A stretch of DNA of 64,000 nucleotides from positions 1,135 to 65,134 of the forward strand of contig JAURQX010000005.1 in NCBI GenBank assembly GCA_030835905.1, read 5' to 3'. Below the pieces are notes generated by a model. The model did no database searches. It was not told the origin of the DNA and worked only from the letters and a program-made list of their open reading frames with translations. The stretch comes from Alphaproteobacteria bacterium. GTDB lineage: Bacteria; Pseudomonadota; Alphaproteobacteria; Rickettsiales; UBA1997. Positions 20,327 to 36,079 of this stretch are shown one piece after another (the first letter of the stretch is position 1; each line of letters opens with the position of its first letter). A program made the translations under genes and the position numbers.

Positions 20327-21151
20327 ATGCAGACAACAAATCAAATTCGCAGTAAGTTTCTAGATTATTTTAAGAAAAATAATCATGAAGTTCTACCCTC
20401 CTCTTCCTTAATTCCACATAATGATCCTTCGCTGTTATTTACTAATGCGGGCATGATTCAGTTTAAGAATTATTTTACCGGACTAGAAAAACCAAAATTT
20501 AAAAGAGTTGCTACTTCTCAAAAATGTTTAAGAGCTGGAGGTAAGCATAATGACCTAGATAATGTTGGTCATACTGCAAGACATCATACTTTTTTTGAAA
20601 TGTTAGGAAATTTTTCTTTTGGCGATTATTTTAAGGAGGAAGCTATTTTTTATGCTTGGGAATTCTTAACTAAAGAATTGCAAATCAATCCAAAAAAACT
20701 ATTAGTCACAATTTATCATGATGATTATGAAGCTCAAAAGATATGGCAAGAAATTTCTGGTTTTTCTGAAGAAAAAATCATAAAAATAAAAACTGATGAT
20801 AATTTTTGGTCTATGGGAGATACTGGACCTTGCGGTCCCTGCTCTGAAATTTTTTACGATCATGGTGAAAAAATATTTGGCGGGATTCCTGGGTCAAAAA
20901 ATGAAGATGGCGATAGGTATATCGAAATATGGAATTTGGTTTTTATGCAATATGAAAAACATCAAGATGGCACCAGAACAAAATTACCAAAGCCATCAAT
21001 TGACACCGGAATGGGTCTTGAAAGAATATCTTCGGTAATGCAATCCGTTCATGATAATTATCAAACAGATAGTTTTACTAAAATTATAGATGAAATTGAC
21101 AAAATTTGTCAATCAAAGATTAAAACAAGCTATAAATTAGAGAATATTTAG
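20327..21151 (+). pseudogene. alaS: alanine--tRNA ligase, N-terminal 274-codon fragment only (truncated)
   Basis: [30 protein letters not shown]...[10 protein letters not shown]...[18 protein letters not shown]...[10 protein letters not shown] match the AlaRS catalytic core. Homology ends at ...KTSYK and the ORF stops four codons later (LENI*). Full-length AlaRS is about 870-880 aa. Confidence 0.85.
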
Positions 21152-22368
21152 TATTTCTTAAGCTCCTGATCATCATATTTTATAACTCTTTTTCGGTATT
21201 TTTGTAAAGCTGAATCAGTTAAAATAATAATAGATCCATATGTAAGAGAAAGTATGGAGCCAAACAAAACTGCAATCTTTACCTTATCAAAAACTAATGG
21301 ACTATCTGAAAATGCTAAAGATCCAATAAATAAACTCATTGTAAAGCCGATACCTGTAAAAATTGCAACACCATAAAATTCACCCCATGATGTTCCTCTA
21401 GGTAAAGATGCAAATTTAAATCTAACTGCTAAATAGCTAAGTAATATTACACCAAACTGCTTACCAATAAATAACCCAAGAATTATACCCAAAATAATAG
21501 AGTCTTTGTAAAGAATTGATATATCAAAATCTTCAATTCTTACTCCAGCATTTACAAAGGCAAAAACTGGCAATATTAAAAAGTTAACTGAAGGCGACAA
21601 TCTTCGATCAATATATTCTAGAATTGGAGTGTTACCAACTCTAAGTGGTATAAACATTGCCATTAGAACTCCAGCAATTGTTGCATGAACACCTGATTTT
21701 AAAATGGCTAACCATAAAAATAGGCCACATAGAAGATATGGCCAAACTTTTCTACAGCCATACCTATTAAGTAAAATCAATCCTATAAAAGAAAATGAAG
21801 ATAATAGCAAGAAAGCAACGTTAATTTCTTTAGTGTAAAATAAAGCTATTATTAATATTGCCGCCAGATCATCTAACACAGCCAATGCTACAAGAAAAAT
21901 TTTAGCTGAAGTAGTAATTCTCTTGCCAAACAAGCAAAGCATTCCATATGCAAACGCTATGTCAGTTGCTGTTGGTACAGCAAAACCCTTAAGATAAGAT
22001 GGTTTATTGTGATTAAAAAGATAAAATATAAGAGCAGGCAATATTATGCCACCAATTGCAGCAATTGCAGGTAAGGAAATTTTTGCTTTAGACGAAAGAT
22101 CTCCTTCCAAAACTTCCTTTTTTAACTCTAAGCCAATTAAGAAAAAAAATACCGCCATTAGGCCATCATTAACCCAATCTCGCAGTGATAATTCTTTACT
22201 ATATGCAATAAAGTCAATCTTAATAGGCACTTCTAATGATAAAAACAAAAAGTAAAAATCAGAATCTTTAGAATTTGCAATCATCATTGCAAAAAATGTT
22301 GCAACAATTAAGATAATTCCTGTAGAGGCTTCAAGTTGAAAAAATTTCTTAATGTGATGCTTAATCAT
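21148..22368 (-). CDS. nhaA: Na+/H+ antiporter NhaA
   Basis: [25 protein letters not shown] start and a polytopic membrane profile, 406 aa. Its stop codon overlaps the stop of the alaS fragment. Confidence 0.92.
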   Translation of the reverse strand: MIKHHIKKFFQLEASTGIILIVATFFAMMIANSKDSDFYFLFLSLEVPIKIDFIAYSKELSLRDWVNDGLMAVFFFLIGLELKKEVLEGDLSSKAKISLPAIAAIGGIILPALIFYLFNHNKPSYLKGFAVPTATDIAFAYGMLCLFGKRITTSAKIFLVALAVLDDLAAILIIALFYTKEINVAFLLLSSFSFIGLILLNRYGCRKVWPYLLCGLFLWLAILKSGVHATIAGVLMAMFIPLRVGNTPILEYIDRRLSPSVNFLILPVFAFVNAGVRIEDFDISILYKDSIILGIILGLFIGKQFGVILLSYLAVRFKFASLPRGTSWGEFYGVAIFTGIGFTMSLFIGSLAFSDSPLVFDKVKIAVLFGSILSLTYGSIIILTDSALQKYRKRVIKYDDQELKKY

Positions 22369-22582
22369 ATATTATAGAATTAATAGTTTATGTATATCAT
22401 AAAAAAACCAAATAGCAAAATACTATTAATTGAATCAAAATCAGTTTATTATTTTTACTGATAATCTTGAATAAACTAACTCAGTTATTACTAAATTAAA
22501 ATAGAAAATAAAATTTTAACTATAACTCTTAATTTTTTAGCTAAAAAATATTTTAAATCCCAAAATCAACTTATTTGATAAA

Positions 22583-28248
<5,666 letters not shown>

Positions 28249-28374
28249 TTAGTGTGTTATATTGTGTAATATCTTATGATTATTCGGATAAAATATTTTA
28301 AAGCATCAAAACTAGCCCAAAATAATATTTGTTTTTAATAAATAAAATTTACTTGTTAGATTGAAAAAGTTTTA

Positions 28375-30381
28375 TTATTTGGTTAGATTGATTTCAATAG
28401 TGTTTTTATGTTCTTTTGATTCAATAATCAAGTTTTGTTGAATCTCTTTTATATAGCAAAGAGAGTTTTTTTTATCTTCACAAAAATAGATTAGCCCTTG
28501 TAAGAAGTAGCTATTATTTGCTTTAAGTTGTGGTAAGGTTGTGCTATTGTTTTTTAAATCTTTCCAATCAATTAATTTAATTAGTTTTGCACTAGAATTA
28601 TTTTCCATTTCTAATAAATTGAGATAGCTAGGGGCATAGTCATTAATTTTCCAGCCTTGTCCATAATTTAAACTAAGTTTTATATCTGAATTTGCTGGCA
28701 GTTTTATGTCTTTAACAGTTTCTTTGTTAATAGTAAAATTGATAATATTTCCTTTTTTAATTTTTTGTGAAGGAATAATATCAAAAAGCGATGTTTCATA
28801 GTTTGATCTTTTTATTGTTATAATTCTGCTGTTATTTGTATCAGAAATATAAAAGCGATCTGCCATACTAACGATCGAAGAAGGTTCGTCTAGTTTTAAG
28901 ATATTTTCTTTGAAATTGTCAGAAAATGATTCATAGTCAGATACAGTGTTTGTTTCAAAATTGTATCTTCTAATTATATGATTTAAGCTATCGACGATAT
29001 AGGCTCCAGTATCATCAACTGTTAGCGAGGTTGGATTTTGCATTAGCGCTTCTGCAGCAGAGCCGTTTCGATGTCCAAATGAGCCGATTTTTTTGCCAAC
29101 TAGAGTTTTTACATTTCCGTTAACATCAGCCTTGCGTAAAGATGAACTTTTTGAATCAATAAAATAAACCTCATTTTTGTATGCATAAAGATCTAAGGGT
29201 TGTGCAAGTTCAGCTTCTTTTCCAGCACCATCTTTTAAACCTAGTTTACCACTACCTACAAAAGCTGTTAGAGTTTTATCTCTAACATTAAAAGTTAAAA
29301 TCTGATTTGTGCCAGAATTTGCAATTAGTAAATTATTATAGTCTGGAAAGAATTCAATATCAGATGGTGAGTTAAGTCTAGAATTGGCAACTGGCTTTAT
29401 TGAATTTTCTACTATACCTCCAACTTGACCGTCACCAATAATTGTTTCAACTGAACGTTTATCAAAATCTGCAACACGAATAGCATTGTTTCCAGAATCA
29501 GAAATATAAAGTTTGTTTGCTTCAAAGGTCATACCTTGTGGGTTGTTAAAGGATGCAGATTCAAAACTACCATCCTCAAAACCCAGCTTTGAGTTACCTA
29601 TTTTTTCTAAAATTTTTCCAGAGGTTGAGGTAACCAAAATATTGTTGGTTGAAACATCAGAAATAAATATAGCTGGCTTATTTTCAGAGTTGACTTTGAA
29701 TTCACTGGTAAAACTCAAACGACTTGGAGATTTAAGAATTGTTTTTACTAAATTATTTTTTTCTAGTAAAATATTAACTGGTTTCTTGTTTAGTCTATAT
29801 CTATATTTTTTTGCCAAAAAATTAGCATCTTTTTCCAAATTTTTAATAGCTTGAGAGTTACTATAAGTATTTTTTACTTTACCCAAAGGGTTGATCAAGA
29901 TATAGGTTGGTAAAGATTTTATTGAAAATTCATTATAAAGCTTACTATCTAGATCATCTATAACAGGAAAATTAATATCATATTTCTCAACAGCCTTTTT
30001 AATAGCCTGCAATTTACTGTCATCGTTAAAAAATTTTACATGAATTCCTATAATCAAAACACCGTCTCTTTCTTTGGCTTTTAATTTTTTTAGCTTATCA
30101 ATATTTTGTATACAAGATTGGCATGAGTAATTCCAGAAATTCAAAATAATAATTTTATTTTTTAGATCTTCTTTTTGTAATGGCTCTACTAAATTAATCC
30201 AATTTTTTTTGTCTGTTTTTACTATTTTGTTAATAATTAAATTGCTTTGTTTTGACGAATCGTAGAGAAATGATATTGCAGAAAAAATTGACCAAGCAAC
30301 AATAATTGAGACTATGAAGAACAGGATAAGTGACCTATCCTTTGTGCTCATGTTTATTTTTGGGATGGTGAATTTTAGCAT
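28375..30381 (-). CDS. membrane-anchored thioredoxin-fold protein fused to an NHL-repeat beta-propeller
   Basis: N-terminal TM segment (LILFFIVSIIVAWSIFSAISFLY), CxxC in FWNYSCQSC, then repeated NHL-like units (NNPQGMTF...LYISDSGNNAIRV, LNSPSDIEF...LIANSGTNQIL, LAQPLDLY...VYFIDSKSSSLR, QNPTSLTV...AYIVDSLNHIIRR). Confidence 0.8.
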   Translation of the reverse strand: MLKFTIPKINMSTKDRSLILFFIVSIIVAWSIFSAISFLYDSSKQSNLIINKIVKTDKKNWINLVEPLQKEDLKNKIIILNFWNYSCQSCIQNIDKLKKLKAKERDGVLIIGIHVKFFNDDSKLQAIKKAVEKYDINFPVIDDLDSKLYNEFSIKSLPTYILINPLGKVKNTYSNSQAIKNLEKDANFLAKKYRYRLNKKPVNILLEKNNLVKTILKSPSRLSFTSEFKVNSENKPAIFISDVSTNNILVTSTSGKILEKIGNSKLGFEDGSFESASFNNPQGMTFEANKLYISDSGNNAIRVADFDKRSVETIIGDGQVGGIVENSIKPVANSRLNSPSDIEFFPDYNNLLIANSGTNQILTFNVRDKTLTAFVGSGKLGLKDGAGKEAELAQPLDLYAYKNEVYFIDSKSSSLRKADVNGNVKTLVGKKIGSFGHRNGSAAEALMQNPTSLTVDDTGAYIVDSLNHIIRRYNFETNTVSDYESFSDNFKENILKLDEPSSIVSMADRFYISDTNNSRIITIKRSNYETSLFDIIPSQKIKKGNIINFTINKETVKDIKLPANSDIKLSLNYGQGWKINDYAPSYLNLLEMENNSSAKLIKLIDWKDLKNNSTTLPQLKANNSYFLQGLIYFCEDKKNSLCYIKEIQQNLIIESKEHKNTIEINLTK

Positions 30382-30675
30382 TATTGATTATTCTTATTTC
30401 AAAAGAGTATATTTTATAAATAAGAGGTTTTAAAGCCGACTTTTAATATATTATAAAATTTTAACTTTTTTAGCTGAGTTTGCAATTTAAACCCAAAAAA
30501 AGTGATTGTTAGGAGATAGTTTATTAACCAGTAAGTAGTTAATTTATAGAAATTTTTTAATTAATTCAAAGTAACTATTACTTATATGGCAGTTATATGA
30601 ATTATTTAAGCAAAAAACTAAAGAAAAACTAAGCTAAACAAACTGGTTAATTTAAATAAGAATTAAGGACAAATT

Positions 30676-30870
30676 CTAGAATATTTCACCTTTTCTACCC
30701 CTTCTTCTTCTTGCAATATTATCTTTTAAAACTCTTTTTTTCTTTTCCGAAGGTTTTTCGTAAGCCTGTCTTCTTCTAGCTTCTTTTATCAAACCTTCTC
30801 TTTGAGCTTTTTTTCTTAGAGAACGAATTGCCATCTCTAAGTTCGATCTTCCGTTAACTGCTATTTCCAA
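30676..30870 (-). CDS. rpsU: 30S ribosomal protein S21
   Basis: LEMAIRSLRKKAQREGLIKEARRRQAYEKPSEKKKR, 64 aa. Confidence 0.93.
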   Translation of the reverse strand: MEIAVNGRSNLEMAIRSLRKKAQREGLIKEARRRQAYEKPSEKKKRVLKDNIARRRRGRKGEIF

Positions 30871-30909
30871 GTAAAATACCTCCTTAATAAATAAAATGAA
30901 TTAGTAAAA

Positions 30910-31221
30910 TCAACTTGCATGATGATTTTTAAGCTTTGTCTTATATCTACGAAGTTGCTTTTCAACCTTTTCGCATGCCTGACTAAATGAGCTATGAATA
31001 TCATGTGATTGGTGATCTCCTTTAATTTCGATACCACCGCCCTTAACACCTTCATTGACAATTATAGTGCATAAAAATTCTGGCCCTTCCTTTTTAAAAT
31101 ATACTTCGGCTCCAACTGCTATATCAAAGTATTTTGTTACTGATTCAGTAAGTTTTTCTTCAATAAGTGAGACAAATGATTTGCTCTCATCAATGCCTGC
31201 AAAATAAATTTTTACTTCCAT
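30910..31221 (-). CDS. hpf: ribosome hibernation promoting factor / RaiA family (short form)
   Basis: 103 aa. MEVKIYFAGIDESKSFVSLIEEKLTESVTKYF...ACEKVEKQLRRYKTKLKNHH matches the sigma-54 modulation/HPF fold pattern. Confidence 0.8.
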   Translation of the reverse strand: MEVKIYFAGIDESKSFVSLIEEKLTESVTKYFDIAVGAEVYFKKEGPEFLCTIIVNEGVKGGGIEIKGDHQSHDIHSSFSQACEKVEKQLRRYKTKLKNHHAS

Positions 31222-31224
31222 TTT

Positions 31225-33852
31225 TTAATTAATAGAATTTTTTAGAACATATTGTAAAATGCCACCAGATTTAAAATACTCAACTTCACTGTGAGTATCT
31301 AATCTGCAGATTAAAGAAATACTGGTTTTTGAGCCATCTTCTCTTATAATTACACAAGATAATTCACAGCCTGCTTCAAGTTTAGAATCTATATCTAATA
31401 TATCAATAGTCTCATTACCTTTGATTTTCAATTTTGATATTGATAAACCATCTTTGAAACAGAGTGGTAAAACTCCCATCCCGACTAAGTTTGACCTATG
31501 AATTCTTTCAAAACTTTCTGCTATTACTGCCTTAATTCCTAAAAGTCTTGTTCCTTTAGCAGCCCAATCTCTGGATGAACCAGTTCCATATTCTTTTCCA
31601 GCAAACACAATTAATGGCGTCAAATTCTTTTTATAAGACATTGCAGCGTCATATAGAAAAACTTCATTTCCATCATTATCGTAGGAATAGCCACCTTCTT
31701 TTTGACTAGCTAACATTAAATTTTTAATTCTAACATTAGCAAATGTTCCCCTCATCATCACTTCATGATTTCCCCTTCTTGATCCATAGGAGTTAAAGTC
31801 ATTTTTTTCTATTCCATGCTCAATAAGGTATTTTGCCGCTGCAGAATTTTGTGAAATATTACCAGCAGGTGAAATGTGATCAGTTGTAACTGAGTCACCT
31901 AGTAGTGCAATTATTTTTGCAGACTCAATATTGCTTGTATTGCTCTTTGTTAAATCTTCAAAAAAACTTGGCAATCTGATATAAGTGCTATCTTTTTCCC
32001 AATCATAAGTATTGGATTTGTTTACCATAATTTTTTGCCAATTTTCATCTCCTTCACAAAAGTTAGCATATTTTCTAGAAAAAATTTCTGAATTAACGTT
32101 TTTACTAATAAAATCGTTAATTTCTGAAGTTTTTGGCCAAATGTCACTCAAAAAAACATTATTGCCATTTTTATCTTTAGCAATTGCATCATTAGTAAGA
32201 TTGATTTTTAAACTACCTGCTAATGCATAAGCAACTACTAGTGGAGGAGATGCTAGGTAATTTGCTTTAACCAACTGATGAATCCTGCCCTCAAAATTTC
32301 TATTTCCTGATAAAACTGCACCAACTGTTAAATCATTTTGACGAATTTCTTGATCAATCTCATGATCTAAAGGACCTGAGTTACCAATGCATGTTGTGCA
32401 ACCATAGCCCACTATATTAAATCCAAGTTGATCTAAATAATTTTGCAAGCCAGAGTTTGCCAGATATTCACTAGCAACTTGTGATCCGGGAGCAAATGAG
32501 GTTTTAACATGTTTTTTAACTTTGATACCAAGCTCAATAGCTTTTTTTGCTAAAAGACCAGCTGCAATTAAAACCGCTGGATTGGATGTATTGGTACAAG
32601 ACGTTATGGCAGCAATTACTATATCACCATCTTTCAAGTTGTTAGATTTCTTGTTTTGGGATCTACTTAAACTTCCTTGGAAATCTTCAAATGATTTCAC
32701 AACTTGGTCTAGATCGCATCTATCTTGTGGCCTTTTAGGACCAGCTAAACTTGGCTTTATTTTAGATATATCAAGCTCTATAACTGAAGAAAAATTTGGT
32801 TCGAAGCTATAATCTTCAAGAAAAACACCCTGCTCTTTAGCGTAGTTTCTCACTAAATCAATTGCCTCATCACTTCTAGCTGTTAATTTAAGATAATCTA
32901 TAGTTATTTCGTCAATTGGAAAAATTCCACAAGTTGCCCCATATTCTGGAGCCATATTGGATATCGTTGCTCTATCCGCTAATGTTAAGCTTTTTAGTCC
33001 ATCTCCAAAAAATTCAACAAATTTACCAACAACGCCTTTTTTTCTAAGAATTTGAGTAATATTTAAAACTAAATCAGTTGCGGTTAAGCCTTCAGCCAAT
33101 TTCCCAGTTAGTCTAAAACCTACAACCTCAGGAATTAACATTGATATTGGTTGGCCAAGCATTGCTGCTTCTGCTTCAATTCCACCTACACCCCAACCTA
33201 GAACGCCAAGAGCATTAACCATTGTAGTGTGGCTATCAGTTCCTACTACTGTGTCAAAAAAAGCGATATTTTCATTAGCCAAAACTCTATTGGTTACGAC
33301 TGTAGCTAGTTTTTCAATATTAACTTGGTGACATATGCCCACTCCAGGAGGAACAACATTAAAATTATCAAATGATTTTTGAGCCCATTTTAAGAACTTA
33401 TATCTCTCGAGATTTCTAGAATATTCTTTATCAATATTTTTTTGTAAAGATTCTTTATTTCCTGAAAAATCAACTTGAACCGAATGATCTATAACTAAAT
33501 CTACTGGAACTAGAGGATTGATTTTTTTTGGATCTTTGCTCATCTTAACAACTGCATCTCGCATTGCTGCTAAATCAACAACTGCAGGAACTCCAGTAAA
33601 ATCTTGCATTAAAACTCTGGATGGTGCAAAGGAAATTTCACATCTTTTGCTAAAATCCGATACTGAATCTATAATTAACTTAGCATCACTGATTAAATGT
33701 TGGTCATTGGTATAATTTCTGGCTATATTTTCCAATAAAACCTTTAAGCTAAAAGGTAATTTTGAAATATCACGGCCTAAAGATTTAGCGATAGTTTTTA
33801 TATTGTAAAAGCTGAAATTTTTATCACCTATTTTAAGAGAAGTTTTTTGCAT
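31225..33852 (-). CDS. acnA: aconitate hydratase A
   Basis: 875 aa with Fe-S ligand motifs AAITSCTNTSNP and GCTTCIGNSG. Confidence 0.97.
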   Translation of the reverse strand: MQKTSLKIGDKNFSFYNIKTIAKSLGRDISKLPFSLKVLLENIARNYTNDQHLISDAKLIIDSVSDFSKRCEISFAPSRVLMQDFTGVPAVVDLAAMRDAVVKMSKDPKKINPLVPVDLVIDHSVQVDFSGNKESLQKNIDKEYSRNLERYKFLKWAQKSFDNFNVVPPGVGICHQVNIEKLATVVTNRVLANENIAFFDTVVGTDSHTTMVNALGVLGWGVGGIEAEAAMLGQPISMLIPEVVGFRLTGKLAEGLTATDLVLNITQILRKKGVVGKFVEFFGDGLKSLTLADRATISNMAPEYGATCGIFPIDEITIDYLKLTARSDEAIDLVRNYAKEQGVFLEDYSFEPNFSSVIELDISKIKPSLAGPKRPQDRCDLDQVVKSFEDFQGSLSRSQNKKSNNLKDGDIVIAAITSCTNTSNPAVLIAAGLLAKKAIELGIKVKKHVKTSFAPGSQVASEYLANSGLQNYLDQLGFNIVGYGCTTCIGNSGPLDHEIDQEIRQNDLTVGAVLSGNRNFEGRIHQLVKANYLASPPLVVAYALAGSLKINLTNDAIAKDKNGNNVFLSDIWPKTSEINDFISKNVNSEIFSRKYANFCEGDENWQKIMVNKSNTYDWEKDSTYIRLPSFFEDLTKSNTSNIESAKIIALLGDSVTTDHISPAGNISQNSAAAKYLIEHGIEKNDFNSYGSRRGNHEVMMRGTFANVRIKNLMLASQKEGGYSYDNDGNEVFLYDAAMSYKKNLTPLIVFAGKEYGTGSSRDWAAKGTRLLGIKAVIAESFERIHRSNLVGMGVLPLCFKDGLSISKLKIKGNETIDILDIDSKLEAGCELSCVIIREDGSKTSISLICRLDTHSEVEYFKSGGILQYVLKNSIN

Positions 33853-33865
33853 TTATTTATCTATT

Positions 33866-34600
33866 TTAAACGTGAGATGTTGCACTAACAATCCAATTTG
33901 GATTTGAAGATTTTAAATCTTTTTTAAAAGTCCAAATATCTTCTATTTTGTTAATTTCATCTTTAGACCCAGCAATTAAATTACCATCTTTATCACAAAT
34001 GTAATTTATTTGTTGAGAGACAAATCTAACTGTAATTGAAGCAGTATTTGATAGATTTTTTGCTTTAATAATAGAAGATTCGTCAAACGCAATTATGTTT
34101 GTAACTAAAATTTTACCTTGCACCTTTCTTTTGTTATTTACGCTTTTAAATCCTTCATATATTTTCTGTGAAAGAAGCGTCTGAACATCTTCTAGTTTAT
34201 CACTAGCAAATGCTTTAAGTATTGATTCAAATGCAATTTTGGCACCATTAATAAAAAATTGGCTTGTCATATTGGACTTCTCTAGAATTTTTGCTAGAGA
34301 TTTCTTATCTGCATCTTGAAGATTACTTAATTGAGGATCGTTTTCTATGTCTTGTAACGCATCCTTAGTGCTTTTGAAGCCTATAATTTTTTTATTAGCT
34401 TCAAATTCTTTAGAATTGATATCTTCTATACTAGATTCACTCGAATTTTGAATTAAATTTCTAATTTTATTTTTTTCTGCATTTTTTATTACTCTATCCC
34501 TCTCCTCCTCATCAATTTTTCCAAGCTGCTTATTTAGCTTAAAAAATATGTAAAAAGCAATTGCTGCAAAAATAATAATATCCACAAGTAAATATAACAT
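33866..34600 (-). CDS. Tim44-like domain protein (membrane anchored)
   Basis: Start trimmed to Met32 of the track ORF (cat at 34598-34600), because the longer ORF runs through tRNA-His. N-terminal TM segment LYLLVDIIIFAAIAFYIFF. The C-terminal domain ends ...IEDIWTFKKDLKSSNPNWIVSAT, typical of alphaproteobacterial Tim44-like proteins. Confidence 0.8.
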   Translation of the reverse strand: MLYLLVDIIIFAAIAFYIFFKLNKQLGKIDEEERDRVIKNAEKNKIRNLIQNSSESSIEDINSKEFEANKKIIGFKSTKDALQDIENDPQLSNLQDADKKSLAKILEKSNMTSQFFINGAKIAFESILKAFASDKLEDVQTLLSQKIYEGFKSVNNKRKVQGKILVTNIIAFDESSIIKAKNLSNTASITVRFVSQQINYICDKDGNLIAGSKDEINKIEDIWTFKKDLKSSNPNWIVSATSHV

Positions 34601-34648
34601 TAAATTATTAAACAAAACGCGGTTGATACTTAATGTCTTAATATTAAG

Positions 34649-34726
34649 TGGGGCAGACGACGGGTTTCGAACCCGCGACCCCCAGAACCACAACCTGGTG
34701 CTCTAACCAACTGAGCTACGTCTGCC
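34649..34726 (-). tRNA. tRNA-His (GUG) with encoded G-1, C73 and CCA
   Basis: The reverse complement reads G-GCAGACGTAGCTCAGTTGGTTAGAGCACCAGGTTGTGGTTCTGGGGGTCGCGGGTTCGAAACCCGTCGTCTGCCCCA, with anticodon loop TTGTGGT. Confidence 0.93.
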
Positions 34727-34748
34727 ATATTTTGCGCTATGCTAGCTT

Positions 34749-36077
34749 CTAGATAGCAAAAAAGTCAATCCTATTTTCTTTAAAAATATCTAGAAAGTTT
34801 GGAAAACTAGTTTTGATCATAGATGTATCATCAATTTCAATTCCTCTTTCCATAGTTAAGCCCATTACTAAAAATGACATAGCAATTCTATGATCCATTG
34901 CTGTATCTATTTTTGCTAATTTCTTATGATTTTGCGTCTGACCTTTAATTTCTAGAAAGTCAGCACCTTCAACTACTTCAACACCGCATTCTTTTAAATT
35001 ATTTGCAACCATAGCTAGTCGATCACTTTCTTTAACCCTCAACTCTTCCAAGCCTTCCATTTTAGTAACCCCAGATGCATTAACTGCTGCTATAGCAAGA
35101 ATCGGGTACTCATCTATCATACTAATTGCCCTTGATGCAGGAATATTTACAGCTTTTAACTTACTATAACAAACATGAATATCAGCTACATTCTCACCGC
35201 AAACCTGTCTTTTATTTTTAAGTTCTATATTAGCTCCCATTTCAATTAAACTATCAATAATTCCTGTACGAAGTGGATTTATACCAATATTTGGTAGTGT
35301 TATATCAGAATCTTTAATCAGAAGCGCTGCTACAATTAAAAATGCTGCAGAAGAAATATCGCTAATAACTTCAATATCCTTGGCATAAAAATCATTAAAA
35401 CCATCACATTCAATGATTGCTCCTTGACCTTCATCTTTCTTTCTGACCTTTAAACCTAAATGGCGCATCATGATCTCACTATGATCACGACATTTTTTTG
35501 GCTCATAAATTGTTGTAGTACCCCTAGTTGCAATAGCAGCTAGCAAAATGCAGCTTTTAACTTGCGCTGAAGCAACTTTCATTACATGATCTGTAGCTAT
35601 AGCTTCATTATTTCCTACAATTGCGAAAGGCATTAATTTATCTTGTCTAGCAATGATCTGAGCACCAAATTTTTTGATTGGATCAAATATTCGAGCCATT
35701 GGCCTTCTTCGTAATGAACCATCTCCGGTAAAAAATGAAGTAAAATCATATGGTGCAACTAATCCCGCCATTAATCTTGCCGCAGTACCAGAGTTACCCA
35801 TATCTAAAACATTATTTGGCTCCATCAAACCTACTATACCAGAGCCATTTACAAGCCAGAAATCTTTATTTCTATTGATATCAACCCCCATCAATTCAAG
35901 AGCTGCAGCAGTTTTTAAAACATCCTCACCTTCTAAGAGGCCAGTTATTTTAGTTTGACCATTTGCTAATGCTGAAAATATTAGAGATCGATGTGAAATT
36001 GATTTATCACCAGGTATTTTAATTACGCCTTTGAGTGGTATGTCGCATTTCTTGGATTGAGCAGGAAATAATTGCAT
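34749..36077 (-). CDS. aroA: 3-phosphoshikimate 1-carboxyvinyltransferase (EPSP synthase)
   Basis: LKGVIKIPGDKSISHRSLIFSALANG, 442 aa. Confidence 0.95.
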   Translation of the reverse strand: MQLFPAQSKKCDIPLKGVIKIPGDKSISHRSLIFSALANGQTKITGLLEGEDVLKTAAALELMGVDINRNKDFWLVNGSGIVGLMEPNNVLDMGNSGTAARLMAGLVAPYDFTSFFTGDGSLRRRPMARIFDPIKKFGAQIIARQDKLMPFAIVGNNEAIATDHVMKVASAQVKSCILLAAIATRGTTTIYEPKKCRDHSEIMMRHLGLKVRKKDEGQGAIIECDGFNDFYAKDIEVISDISSAAFLIVAALLIKDSDITLPNIGINPLRTGIIDSLIEMGANIELKNKRQVCGENVADIHVCYSKLKAVNIPASRAISMIDEYPILAIAAVNASGVTKMEGLEELRVKESDRLAMVANNLKECGVEVVEGADFLEIKGQTQNHKKLAKIDTAMDHRIAMSFLVMGLTMERGIEIDDTSMIKTSFPNFLDIFKENRIDFFAI

Positions 36078-36079
36078 AT

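Noticed and set aside
29513-29854. Long antisense ORFs inside conserved genes (this one, plus e.g. 8075-8302, 26691-26942, 32522-32812, 35674-35958, 42761-43102, 46303-46644, 54596-54946, 61336-61608)
   Set aside because: Each lies opposite a confidently identified gene and has low-complexity, non-homologous sequence. These are typical shadow ORFs.
30523-30651. 10-bp inverted repeat (attaaccagt / actggttaat) separated by 109 nt in the spacer downstream of rpsU
   Set aside because: A single 10-bp match at that distance in a 294-nt AT-rich spacer is close to chance expectation. There is no T-tract or other supporting structure.
34601-34693. N-terminal 31 codons of the 275-aa track ORF (Tim44-like protein)
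   Set aside because: This extension reads through the tRNA-His gene on the same strand. The Met at 34600 precedes the TM helix and gives a sensible start.
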